40,965 bases of DNA, from the NCBI RefSeq assembly GCF_000485595.1, contig NW_014577082.1, positions 757,558 through 798,522 of the forward strand, in the 5' to 3' direction. Within the stretch, counting starts at the first letter, position 1. Every line of letters begins with the position of its first letter. Below are positions 1 to 11,032 of this stretch, in pieces. Below the pieces are notes generated by a model. That model ran no database searches. It was given only the letters and a program-made list of their open reading frames with translations, and was not told the origin of the DNA. A program made the translations under genes and the position numbers. The stretch comes from Priapulus caudatus. Taxonomy: Eukaryota.

Positions 1-275
1 CACTATACATCGAATATTAAGAGCGTAGGTCAAGCCGTTGAGATTTGTGCCGCAATTCCGTATTTTCTCCTATACCTTAAGTTTAGGGGGAAATATTCCC
101 CCTCCATTGACACACTTTGGCCTTTGACCCCCAAATTCGACATCCCCAGTCCTTTTCGCGATCCCCCCCCCGACGTCCCAAATATCAAGACCGTACGTCG
201 AGCGGTTAAGATTTGTGCCCAACTGTTGACGGACGGACGGACGGACGGACAATCATGCGATTCTACGCGATTCAA
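1..275. mobile_element. Fragment of a non-autonomous Helentron/DINE-1-like repeat with (GACG)n microsatellite, cut by the window edge
   Basis: (gacg)n run at 228-250 within a repeat-like context (agatttgtgcc occurs twice), resembling HINE-type elements; no coding support. Confidence 0.35.
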
Positions 276-321
276 TTTACTTTTATTCTCAGGCTGCTTT
301 AGGGGTGGTCCAGGGGCCCTC

Positions 322-720
322 CCTCAGAATTTTTCTGGAAAATTACACCTCTTAGATGCAATTTCATGCACTCTGAGGCAGCATTATTAAACAATCTTCA
401 TCACAAAAATATCACTTTTGAGTTGAGTATTTTAATCTTTGGGGATACCAAAGACTAAAATACTTACTTAAAAAAAGAGAAACAAAAACTTCAAATTGCT
501 GAGGGTTGAACTGCTTAGTCTCTGTCACTGTATTGTGCAAGTACAATTCTAAGGCAAAGTAATGTGGTTAATAAGTTAATCTATCTGCCAACTGAATAGC
601 TAACACAGGCCTCGACGCTTAATTATTTTCAGATCTGTCCAAAATTTACTTGCAATCTATAAGCTTTTGGGTCAGTGCATATCATATTACCAGAAGTGTG
701 TAATATAAAGATCTATATTG
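322..720 (+). repeat. Dispersed ~400-bp repeat, copy 1 (copy 2 at ~8957-9345)
   Basis: gaaaattacacctcttagatgcaatttc...cattattaaacaatcttcatcacaaa...cagatctg is colinear with 8957-9345. Confidence 0.85.
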
Positions 721-790
721 ATATTATATAAATAGATAAACAAATATATATATATATATATATAGATAGATCTATATATTATATCGATAT

Positions 791-1973
791 CAGGGCTTGA
801 AACTAACCTAAAATGTTCACTAGCCAGCAGGGTTAGTGACCTGTAAAATCTACTAGCCCTTAAAAATAGCTAGCAGCCCTTAGTTTTCTGAAGTGCGGCG
901 CTGAAGCTACGTGGTGAGCACAGTTTTGCCATTTTTTTGGGGGGGGGGTCTGGGTTTTGATTTTAGACGCTCTGAGATGCGTTCTGCGAAATTCATTGAC
1001 TTTGTGAAAATCTAGATTCAGTATAGATTCAGTATACACATCAGTACTATGTTATAAGAGCAGAATAATTATATTCCTTATAGTAATTAACGATTAGAAC
1101 TGTTAGTCAGTTTACTGAAATGTGAAAGTTCATGTTTAAGTTGAACCGTTTGTGACTATCTCTACTACAAGTACAGAGGTTGTTAGTAGTTAGTACAAGT
1201 ACAGTATAGAGTTATAAGTTGAGTTATCTGTTTGCGATAGTTTAAGATTTGTAGAGTTGTATTGCAATTATATTAGTTGACTGAATATAAGCCACATAGA
1301 AGCAAGCGTGTTATGCTAGTGTTAGAATGAACTTCGTATTATAAAAAGCTTAGAATACCAGTTACAGGAATGTAGGTTTAAAGGTATATATGCGGGTTAT
1401 TTTCATAATAGTACCTGACAAAACCATGACTACTATTCCACGTCAATAATAGACACAGAGACTGGATTGTATATTAGCCAGGGTGATTCCAACTGAGTAT
1501 AAGTAAATTTGAGTTTCTAATTTGCTTATTTAGCAACCATCAAATTGAAATCATCTTTTCGTTTGAAAAGGGAAGGGATTGTAGTGTTTAACCCTGAGAT
1601 CAGCTGAACCGTAAACTAACCATTCCACGAACATAAACAGAAAGTAGAACAGAAACGTATTGGGTACATACACTGTGAGGGAATTAATGTGGTTTAATCC
1701 GTAAAGTCTACAGTATCCAATATGGCTGCGTTCAGCATCGTGACTGTTATGTTTAGGTTTTGCAATTTTATTATGTTTGCACACGCAAGTTTTATACTAC
1801 TTATTACTAGTTCGGTTGGGTTAGTAGTTGCTGAAAAAGTACTAGTATTAGTAATATGTTATCTGGTAGGCATTCCCACTCGCCAACAGGGCTGGTCAGC
1901 CCAGACATTCTGCTAGCCCTTACTGATTTCTACTAGCCTCGGGCGAGCGGGCGAGCATTAGTTTCAAGCCCTG
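791..1973. mobile_element. Non-autonomous hAT-like DNA transposon (MITE)
   Basis: 16-bp TIRs CAGGGCTTGAAACTAA (791-806) / TTAGTTTCAAGCCCTG (1958-1973), subterminal ctagcc repeats, 5-bp flanking duplication GATAT (786-790, 1974-1978). Confidence 0.8.
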
Positions 1974-2002
1974 GATATTACAATATATACATGGAAAATC
2001 GT

Positions 2003-2131
2003 AATGAAATTCACACAACGTTTATTTTTGCGTGCCGGCACGCTCATTGTTTGTCATTCCCGATTGCAGCTTTTTCCTCAGTTCCAGGAAAGAATTTTGC
2101 TGTCGTCCTCTGATCCCAGAGGTGCCCAACC
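2003..2131 (+). repeat. Dispersed repeat (copies at ~6225-6410, and inverted at ~20200-20330)
   Basis: gtgccggcacgctcattgtttgtcattcccgattgcagc...ctgatcccagaggtgcccaacc is nearly identical to 6259-6357; a diverged reverse-complement copy lies near 20200-20330. Confidence 0.8.
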
Positions 2132-2238
2132 AGGGGAAAAAATACACGGGGGCGGCGGGCGATTTCGCCCCCGAAATGCCAAAAAGAGCCCCCGAAAACA
2201 TGATATCGGGGGCGACCCCAAAAGCAAAAGTCGCCCTT

Positions 2239-2333
2239 GCCGCTCGATCACCGGCCGACCTTGCCGAGCCGCTCGATCACCGGCCGACCTTGCCGAGCCG
2301 CTCGATCACCGGCCGACCTTGCCGAGCCGCTCG
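2239..2333 (-). repeat. 29-bp tandem repeat (3.3 copies) made of the last RTRAF codons plus stop
   Basis: Unit gccgctcgatcaccggccgaccttgccga at 2239, 2268, 2297; the minus strand reads GAG CGG CTC GGC AAG GTC GGC CGG TGA TC (ERLGKVGR*). Confidence 0.95.
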
Positions 2334-2460
2334 TCTGTCCTCGGGTTGGCCGTGATGGCCTGGGCGGCGACGATCGCCTCGTTGATGCGCGTCTGCAGCT
2401 CGCGCAGCTCCCGGATGTGCAGCAGACGCAGGATCTTTGCAGCCTCGCTCATCACGTAGT
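2306..2460 (-). CDS. RTRAF: RTRAF exon 8 (terminal)
   Basis: Acceptor tgcag| at 2461; (D)YVMSEAAKILRLLHIRELRELQTRINEAIVAAQAITANPRTDERLGKVGR*. Confidence 0.95.
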
Positions 2461-4202
2461 CTGCAACGACATGCAGCAAAGTGGCGCTGTAGCGTGTTAA
2501 ACACACGTCCTATTGCAAACGCGCCCCCCCCCATCTACATTGCGCATGGGCACGGGCATGTCTAGCAAGGCGCGTCGTAACCGTGACTCGGATTTTACCT
2601 TTGTTGCACGTGTGTAATGTAGAGGGGGTATGTTTGCCATAGAGGGGAATTCTAGCTACTTCTATGCTACCAGCATGTAGATGTGTGGTATGGCTACACA
2701 CACGCTCCATTAATCCATGGGAGGAACAGAACAGTAAGAAGTCGAACAACAATAAGAACGTATATTGGGTTAAACATTGAAATGACTTCCCTTCACTTCA
2801 TTTTTCATGTACCACGATCCTCATACTGTGTGATGCCAAATATATGAGATAGTCACTCCTTTTAGCAGTCCTTATATCAATTCTTACCTCCAGTTTCAAA
2901 TCCCAGCACACAGTTCGCCAGAGGTAATGGTTTAACAGTCTGAAAAAACAGAGTAAATATGTCACAACATGTGCTATATCACATAGTGCTAGACATGGGT
3001 ACTAGTAATTGTAACGTGTGGCTGATACGAGAAAGGATGCAAGCGCATTGTGGGCACGTTGAGACTCATTTACGAAAAAATGCTATGTGAATTTCTTTCA
3101 TAAAATTGAGAGCTTATGTATATAAATCTAGACAGCAAAACGGTGCAAACAGGTGTAGCTACTAATAACACTATATAACACAAGATATAAAATTCCCACA
3201 ACTATCTGTTCACGTCATGCTAATTTCAAAAATATGAATCACCAGCAAATGTATGTTGGTGTGTTTGTGGTGCAGCATTAGATGCTCCCAAATGTCTTAA
3301 ACTATGATTGAAGCATCACCTAAAGGAAACTTGTTGGAAAGACACGACACGTACTCTACTACAAGGTGCATCAATACGGACACATGGCTGTATCATAACT
3401 ACTCATCTCACCTCACTAGGAATGTTGCTTTTTGCTGCTTCCAAAGCATCCGGAGACAACCTCTCACTTATTAGCTTCGTAACTGCCTAAATAAGATAGC
3501 AATATGCATCAAATACATCGAGTGTCAAAAAAGAGTAGCCCTGAAATTGCATAACGTACACTAATAAAAGACATGCCGTTAACACTGCAAAGCTATCGAC
3601 GCATTTTGAGGCAGCAATATTAACACTCACAACACTGGTCGAATAACTTACAGAGAAATAACTAGAGAGTGTGGTGCAGTCAAGCTAGAGATTGCAAGGA
3701 CATGTTGGATTGGTGTGTGACAACCTCCTATGTGGATTGCTATGTTATTACAGGGTGCGAAATTAACGCGAGTCCGGAGTCAAATACTCCCTGATTTACT
3801 GTCGGACTCCCTGATTTGACATTTGCAGGAGTCCGTGTGACTCCCTGAAAATTCTGCTATAGTAACTATAGTTCGTTCCAGAGCACGGCCTCGTGGAATT
3901 ACCGTATTTTTTCAGCAAATCTTTAAGTTTGAACTTCAGACTGCGGACTCCCTCTTTTTGCTGCGGACTCCCTCTTTTTGAGGGCAGGGAGTCCGTTGGA
4001 CTCCTTGTTCAAAAGTTAATTTCTACCCTTGTTATTACCTTGAGTGTTACGAGATGGTCTGGATGTCGAGGAATCTGCAACAACTGAGCTAACGATGTAA
4101 CACCTGCCTTGAAGTCTGGGTCATCAACTGAAAAGCAGCAATATATATAAATATAAATATATTATCAAGAGCGTATTAAGAAGGCTTTTTAATATGCTTT
4201 TG

Positions 4203-4252
<50 letters not shown>

Positions 4253-7200
4253 GTGTTTGTGTGCACGAGCAGGTGCTCATAAGAATCAACAAACGATGGC
4301 AGTTGAGTTCGTGTCTGTTTCTTATGCACATGACATGTTCTCATATGTCTATCCTTGGATCCTAACAGTATAACAATGTCATTAACACTTGTTGGTTCTG
4401 TCAGGGTTTTCTCTAGCCCCTTAACACATTCTGATATGCCTTCAAAGTTGAAGCTAATTTGCGACTTCCCTTAAGTCCAATGACATGCCTTAATTTCCAG
4501 CTGTGTTGACCTTTGACAATCCCAATGCATCCATTTTACTGTGGTAGAAATTATGTGTAACAAGGCCTCTGATTGGGTAAAAGCGCTATAATTTTACCAT
4601 GGTAAAAATAAGTATTTATGAGTACAATGGCCAATCATAGTCTGTGAACACACAGTCACTGTGTCTGTACTACAGATTAGACTATTCGACACTCACAGTT
4701 TAATTTGTCCAGTGGATTATCTGATTGCATCTGTGGTTGGTCAAGTTTCTTTGCAGCCAAACTCGCAGCAGTTATACTCTTGTACTTTTCAGCTAATAAC
4801 ACACAATAAACCTTTGCACTTGGAAACTAGGGTCATTTATCTTTCCTACCAGATATATATTTACATTGCTAGAATATCAATGTAAGAATTGATTTGTCAC
4901 AGACTATTATTATGTTGACAATAAAATTTATGTAAGAAACAATAGGAAGGTTCTTTTAAAGAGACAATATGAGCAGAAAAGACAAATTCTAATAGTAATT
5001 TCATTATAGATTATATTGATTACATAGGTGGGTGTTGTTAGCAAATAAACCTTACCATGGTCACCATATTCTAGGCCGACAGCTAACCCAAGTAACCAGT
5101 CTAAGATTGTTGTTGCATCAGAATCTATCACTGGACACTCAAGATCTTTCAGGTACTGCAAAAAATTCAATGTGTACAAGAAGGAATTTGTGCTTGTGAG
5201 CACCTGTTCTTATACTATAGATGAGTGCCCTACCTACTCAACAAATTCCAGGACCCTGATATCAGTACATAATTATCAGAGGGATACATACGTATCAGTG
5301 TTAGATATTTAAAATAAAAACCTCTCGCTAAACTGGGCGAGTGAGTCAATAAGTTAAAGGGATAGTAGACTCTAGGATTTTACTGCATACAACTGTACAT
5401 ACTGTATATCAAATCGTCTATACCCACATGTATTTGTCACCAGATACCTAATTTAATTGTTATAATTAATTACACATCAACGCTACGAAATTTGAACGGC
5501 GCCATGATACCCGCGATCGTGCTGCCACCCTGAAAAAGTTGCGTATTTGCATTTTTATTTTGCAGGTAAATGACCGAGGGCTAATCACAAAGACACAATT
5601 AAAACATTACAATATATATCTAATGATGGTGGTGCTTGTGGGTATGGTTAGTAGTTACATGTTATGACTGAACTATGTCAGTATACGCAGCGAACGGGTA
5701 TGAGCGTGCACTCGACAAACAGCTATCATAGTATTCCGTAATGCATGTTATCTGGTAGGCATTCACTTCACTCGCGCCAATGTCGATGTGAAAAATAATA
5801 TCGGGTGAGTAAAAGCTAAAGCTGACTTGCCGCATGTTCGGCACGAATAACAAATAATTAGAGCGTATGAAACACGTTTAATCAATTGTTCGTCTCAATC
5901 GCATCTCTATATATTGGCAACATTGATCTGGCATAAAACAGATGCTACGCCTTACTGGAGAATTTCGTGAAACGTGTAGCCTGCTCATGCGGCACGGCCA
6001 TTTCGCCACTTTTAATATGCTGTGCGGAAAGGTCGGCCGCGAGGCCGTATAGGTTTTAAACTCTAAGGGGCCCGCGGTACATGTGATTGAATATTGATAT
6101 TGTACGGGGGGGGGGAGAAGTAATGGGGGCACACGTTTCATCCACTATTTAGGGAATGAGTTTTACGAGGAATATACACCTACATTTCATGGGGATCGAA
6201 AAAGAAGGATCGTGACGAGGAAATGAAAATTGCCACGAAAACAACGCTTTATTTTTGCCGTGCCGGCACGCTCATTGTTTGTCATTCCCGATTGCAGCTT
6301 TCCTCAGTTCCAGGAAAGAATTTTGCTGTCGTCCTCTGATCCCAGAGGTGCCCAACCCCTATATAATGAACATGCCCCATACTCCCCCCCCGTACATCAA
6401 TCAATATGCCCGCCCCAGGCACCTGCNNNNNNNNNNNNNNNNNNNNNNNNNCCGCCCCAGGCACCTGTCGGCGACCTTTGATAATATAAAGTGAGGATGC
6501 CGTGCGATAGCCACCCTTCACAATCGCTAGAACTGTTTTTCATCAATGTTTGCATATATAAGGAACCAACAATTGATTAAAGTTTTAGATAATTATTTTT
6601 ACTCGCCAACATGGGCAAGTCAGCTTTAGCTTTTACTCACCCGATATTATTTTCACTCGACATTGGCGAGCGGGCGAGTGCCAAGCTCGTTCGCTGCGTA
6701 TACTGACATAGTATAACATGTCCTACCAATGCACCACATCATTTAGATTATATGTAATGTTTTAATGTTGTCGCCTGACCACGCTCTATGATTGTTTCAC
6801 GTCGCGGCCACGTAGTGAGAAGCGAGAAGGTAACTTGTGACTAGTCGTGGTGTATCTGTGTACCTGTGTGAAGACTTCTTGCCAGTCAGGATTCTGTAAT
6901 TTTCGCAGCGCATCCCGATCCTCTATTTTATAGTGTCTAATTTTGTGGTCTTCTAACCAGACGACAACGTTCTTGAAATTTGATTCGACTGAAAAAACAA
7001 CAACTTTTGACATGCATTGCATACGTGTTACCTTCTTCTGGTAGGTGCAAGTCTTAAATCGATGAGATAATATTAATGATAATAATACTATTTATACTAA
7101 TAGTAATATATTATATACTATAGTAATAGTACTAATACTAGACACTCATGATCTTATCAATGCCAACTTGAACTTGAACTTGGCTTCATAATCATATGAA

Positions 7201-7441
7201 TTCATGACATGCTATATTATATGTGACTGTTACTGCTAGCTAGTAGTTCAGTGAAGGCGAATTACCAGACACTGTGACTAACGCCAATGCACACGGTTTT
7301 TCGATGTATGCCCGTTTGAGCTACTCCGTAACGTGAAGTTTGAAGACAAGAATTAGAATGAGTAAGAAATATTTGCTTACCGTCGAACTCGAAGGAATCC
7401 GCTAGCTGATATTTCAAAGCTTTTAATTTTCTTCTAAACAT
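2306..7441 (-). CDS. RTRAF: RNA transcription, translation and transport factor (C14orf166/hCLE/CGI-99; RTCB tRNA-ligase complex subunit), 8 exons, 250 aa
   Basis: Exons 7441-7381, 6988-6864, 5155-5056, 4792-4697, 4127-4039, 3486-3412, 2939-2888, 2460-2306 have GT-AG boundaries and consistent phases, total 753 nt. Protein MFRRKLKALKY...VVWLEDHKIRHYKIEDR...DWLLGLAVGLEYGD...AAKILRLLHIRELRELQTRINEAIVAAQAITANPRTDERLGKVGR* matches RTRAF signatures. Confidence 0.97.
2888..2939 (-). CDS. RTRAF: RTRAF exon 7
   Basis: tttcag|ACT GTT AAA...TVKPLPLANCVLGFETG G|gtaag. Confidence 0.9.
3412..3486 (-). CDS. RTRAF: RTRAF exon 6
   Basis: tttag|AVTKLISERLSPDALEAAKSNIPSE|gtgag. Confidence 0.9.
3751..4031. mobile_element. 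hAT-like MITE in RTRAF intron 5
   Basis: Imperfect TIRs CAGGGTGCGAAATTAAC / GTTAATTTCTACCCTTG, internal ggactccc/ggagtcc repeats, 6-bp flanking duplication TTATTA (3745-3750, 4032-4037). Confidence 0.75.
4039..4127 (-). CDS. RTRAF: RTRAF exon 5
   Basis: tttcag|(F)DDPDFKAGVTSLAQLLQIPRHPDHLVTLK|gtaat. Confidence 0.93.
4206..4247. repeat. (TA)n microsatellite
   Basis: Direct reading. Confidence 0.95.
4697..4792 (-). CDS. RTRAF: RTRAF exon 4
   Basis: attag|(A)EKYKSITAASLAAKKLDQPQMQSDNPLDKLN T|gtgagt; phase 1-1 fits the neighbouring exons. Confidence 0.88.
5056..5155 (-). CDS. RTRAF: RTRAF exon 3
   Basis: ttgcag|YLKDLECPVIDSDATTILDWLLGLAVGLEYGDH G|gtaag. Confidence 0.95.
5354..5376 (+). mobile_element. 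Left terminus of a TTAA-targeting, AGG-ended (Kolobok/T2-like) element
   Basis: TTAA|AGGGATAGTAGACTCTAGG; matching inverted terminus at 8811-8833 (17/19 identical). Confidence 0.6.
5590..6770. repeat. Diverged inverted repeat arms (~5590-5860 and ~6590-6770) in RTRAF intron 2
   Basis: aaataatatcgggtgagtaaaagctaaagctgacttgcc (~5793-5831) is the reverse complement of ggcaagtcagctttagcttttactcacccgatattattt (~6614-6652); similarity extends on both sides. Confidence 0.8.
6427..6451. other. Assembly gap (other gaps at 9983-9992, 12621-12630, 29619-29662, 34765-34789)
   Basis: N runs. Confidence 1.
6864..6988 (-). CDS. RTRAF: RTRAF exon 2
   Basis: tttcag|(V)ESNFKNVVVWLEDHKIRHYKIEDRDALRKLQNPDWQEVFTQ|gtac. 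Confidence 0.95.
7381..7441 (-). CDS. RTRAF: RTRAF exon 1 (coding part)
   Basis: ATG at 7441; MFRRKLKALKYQLADSFEFD G|gtaag. Confidence 0.95.
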
Positions 7442-7606
7442 CTTGTTGGATATATCGATATAGAATGCAGTTTACTGTAAGCAAGCAGAGCAACTTGTGT
7501 GGAGAATACAGTTGTAATTGGCGATAAAAGCTAGAAAACTGACAAAAAAGTGAGACTACCCGGTGTAAAAACACACTTGCACAAGAGATGGAAACAGTGT
7601 CACATA

Positions 7607-7622
7607 CAGCGCCATCTTCCGG
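7607..7622 (-). promoter_or_regulatory. Overlapping ETS/YY1-type motif in the probable RTRAF promoter
   Basis: Minus strand CCGGAAGATGGCGCTG, ~170 bp upstream of the ATG; a typical housekeeping core-promoter motif. Confidence 0.5.
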
Positions 7623-7989
7623 TTGATGTTGAAAAGTTACAGAAGTGACTGTGTAGATAGTGACTGTGGTAGTGTGTGGTAGACTGTAGACTGTGGTAGA
7701 TGTAGACTGTGGTAGATAGTGGACTGTGTAGACTGTGTAGGTAGTGACACCCTATTCTATTAATCTATTTTTCTACATTATAATATTATAATTTTCTCCA
7801 TATATATGTATTGTAAATATATATACCTACTCATATTAGTAGTTTCATATTTGTGTTTCGTAGTTGTATTTTTCTCATGCATATTCACAATTTACTATTA
7901 AATAGTCGATCTTCCTTTAAATTAGAGCGATCGAGTAATGGCCCTACTCCGTAAACTCCGTACCTCCGCAAACCTCTGGAATGATCCCG

Positions 7990-8608
7990 CTCAGGGTGCA
8001 TTTGGGTATTCTGAACCCATACTGCAGAGACTGCATGGCGTGTCTTACCTGAGAAGCCAATGGAAATGATTCTATTGGAAATGATCGATGATAGTGTGTA
8101 ATCGGAAAGATAGCCTGACTTATATCGAGACAGCATTTAACAACAAAATGACATTTTCGGTTTCATTATGCAATACTTTGTTTTTTTTTATGTTACTTGT
8201 GCAGAATCTTTCATTCTTTCAAGAGATAATGAAACATTTACCTGTTGCTAAGAATCGTAGTGTTACCTCAATTCGCTCGGCTACTTGGATGGCCAGTCGT
8301 AGGCGTGTATCTTTTTTGCAATATATACGGTTCTGATCCGACGTAAAATATTTGCAAACTGGGGTTTGCATGGTTACCCGTAAAATTTTTTCTAACAGAT
8401 CGAACGAATCCTCAATGGTAAATTCTGGAACTAGCCGAGTGAAATGGCCGTAAATTGCTTTACGGCTTATCCACTTCCGCTCCCGCACACTCCGTTTCCG
8501 TCCACTCCTTCTCTTATCTCTTTTACTTCTTCTAATCAGCAAAGAAATGTCGAGCAATAGCAACGTACACTTCTTCCTCCATTGTTGTATTGAGTGCAGT
8601 GCAGTCAT
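7990..8608 (-). pseudogene. Degenerate PIF/Harbinger (HARBI1-like) transposase fragment
   Basis: ORF 8219-8608 contains RKWISRK...FDLLEKI...KKDTRLRLAIQVAERIEVTLRFLATG, the typical Harbinger N-terminal HTH motif; frameshifted YKS-GYL..SIIS continuation near 8130-8070; no DDE core visible. Confidence 0.75.
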
Positions 8609-8810
8609 TTACGCGCGCATTTGGAGGTTTTTACGCGCGCATTTCATTCTGTTCACGGCACACGTGCTTACACACATGCAATAATACATGCACATGCACG
8701 TGCTTATATACATGCTAACATTTTTTAATAATATTTCTAATGGTGATTGAATCATGAAACTTTTTATGTAGCGTAATTTTAACCTAAATTAACTGAAAAT
8801 AACCCTAGAA

Positions 8811-8833
8811 CCTAGAGTAAACTATCCCTTTAA
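8811..8833 (-). mobile_element. Right terminus of a TTAA-targeting, AGG-ended (Kolobok/T2-like) element
   Basis: CCTAGAGTAAACTATCCCT|TTAA, the inverted counterpart of 5354-5376. Confidence 0.6.
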
Positions 8834-8956
8834 CTCGCCCAAATGGAATCTGTACTCGCCCAAATTTTAAAACAAAAATGCTTGTCAAACAATAGTGACA
8901 AAATAGACTATGGGGGTGGGTTCGGGAAGGGGTCCCTGATTAGGCGGTTTTTTTGT

Positions 8957-9345
8957 TGAAAATTACACCTCTTAGATGCAATTTCCTGCACTCTGAGGCA
9001 GCATTATTAAACAATCTTCATCACAAATATATCACTTTTAAGTTGAGTATTTTAATCTTTGGGGACACCAAAGGCTAAAATATTTACTTAAAAAAAAGAA
9101 ACCTAAACTTCAAATTGCTGAGGGTTGAATTGCTCAGTCTCTGCCAAGTTCTGCAAGTACAATGCTAAGGCAAAGTAATGTGGTTAAAAATTTAATCTAT
9201 CTGCCAACTGAATTAACACAGGCCTTGACGCTTAATTATTTTCAGATCTGTACAAAATTTACTTGAAATCTATGAGCCGTTAAGGTCCTCTTTTGGTTCT
9301 GTGAATATCATATTACCAGGAGTGTATAATATAGAGATCTATATT
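8957..9345 (+). repeat. Dispersed ~400-bp repeat, copy 2
   Basis: Colinear with 322-720. Confidence 0.85.
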
Positions 9346-9794
9346 ATCAAGAGCGTATTAAGAAGGAGAGCGTACAACGGTCAAATGCTAAAACCATGCT
9401 GCAGTATTAGTCGAATTAATCAACTTTGCCCATTTTATTTTGACGATTCTTTGCGGTATTATTGATCAGCTGTCCTACCTTGCTAATATAAAACAAACTG
9501 TTTGTCCCTACGATCACCCCACGCTGAGATAATAAACGGTGAAAATCTGGTATTTTCACCAAAAACCGACTCGAGATACATAGTGGCTGTGACTGTCTCT
9601 CGTTCTGGCGATAGCTTCGGGAAACCTCGCGTGTTTCCGTCATTCATTGACAATAAAATTTATTTTCATTCTACTATCTTTTCTCGCATTTCCAGTCATG
9701 GACGCAGCCATTACTCCACAAAAACGTCTTGTTATTTATCGCCATGGTGATGACCCGCCCCTTACGCTGGAGTAGTAACGCTGTAGTAATAACG

Positions 9795-9982
9795 CAGGGT
9801 TGAAAATAACTCGCCGATCCGGTGATCCGACGGCTTTTTCAGCTTCGGATCAACACCGGATCATGAAAAATAAAACATCGGTGATCCGACTGGATCACCG
9901 AAAAATATTTACATGCTATACCTTTCTCCGATAAGCGATTTTGAAAAAGATCGCAAAAAGAATCATTACATCTAGCTTTCAT
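9795..9982 (+). mobile_element. Left end of a hAT-like MITE, truncated by a gap
   Basis: CAGGGTTGAAAATAAC start followed by repeated gatccg/cggatc subterminal motifs. Confidence 0.5.
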
Positions 9983-11032
9983 NNNNNNNNNNGGGGGAGA
10001 TACACTCCAGCCTTAAACTCGTCACAACGCAGGACGCATCTACTCTTTAGCTGCACGTCTACTATCTCTACCCACATATCAACCGCCCGACGGCTTCCAA
10101 GCAAATAGTTCTTCTCCCATGCAGCGCTTGTCCTCAGGTCTCCCATGCGGACACCCCGTTTCTCTCTGCCCACTCCGCTGCAGCAAAGCTATAGAGATGA
10201 AAATTTTCTCCTCTAGACGCGACAGGGGTCACCCTTGCGAGCGTCTAACCATAAAACACGGTGCGCGCGATGGCGGCGGCGAATATCTCGGCCGGCGCAC
10301 GAATCGTGCGTACTGCACCAGCTTCCGCGCACAGCACGCACGTGTACGTGCATCGATGGCAAGCGCCACGCACGCACCCCCGACATAGCAAATCGCAAGC
10401 GCACGCATGCATAATAACACGGTAATAATCTACACTCGCTATTCCGTCGTAGATGTGTGTCGTGAGCTACGCCTCATAACCGCTAGAGCTCGAGTTGCTC
10501 TAAGCACAAAGCCAGTGCCTTAACCATCTCCGAGTTCAAGGGTTTGGCGTCGTTGTAGCACGCTTAGCTTAATGACATCTCGTGCCCCGCTATAACTGGT
10601 TTCCGCCATGCGTCGTCCCGTTTATCTTCTTCCTCCAGTGCATTTCTAAAAAAGATATTTTCTTTCCTTGCGCGTTACATCCTGAGTCGCCTCCCCAATT
10701 TCACTGATCACTTGGTTTTCCTCGGTTAAATGCCGCCTTCTAACCGAGCCTCTTACCGCATGTTAATCTCATTTTCCTCGTTCTTCTTCAAAATTATACC
10801 ACATGCTACAGGTAAAGTGGCAGTTTAGCAGAGAGCTAGGACGTGGGCTGCCTTCCCGCTACCTCTCGTGTTTTTGTTGATATTTTATAACATGAATGAT
10901 GACATACATAATTTATTAATTTATATATTTGGTTATATGTCAATTGTCATATCATATACAATTAGTTTTCCAATGGTGACTAAGAATAATTAAACCGGCA
11001 TAATATTAGCCAACACAAGATACATCCCATTA

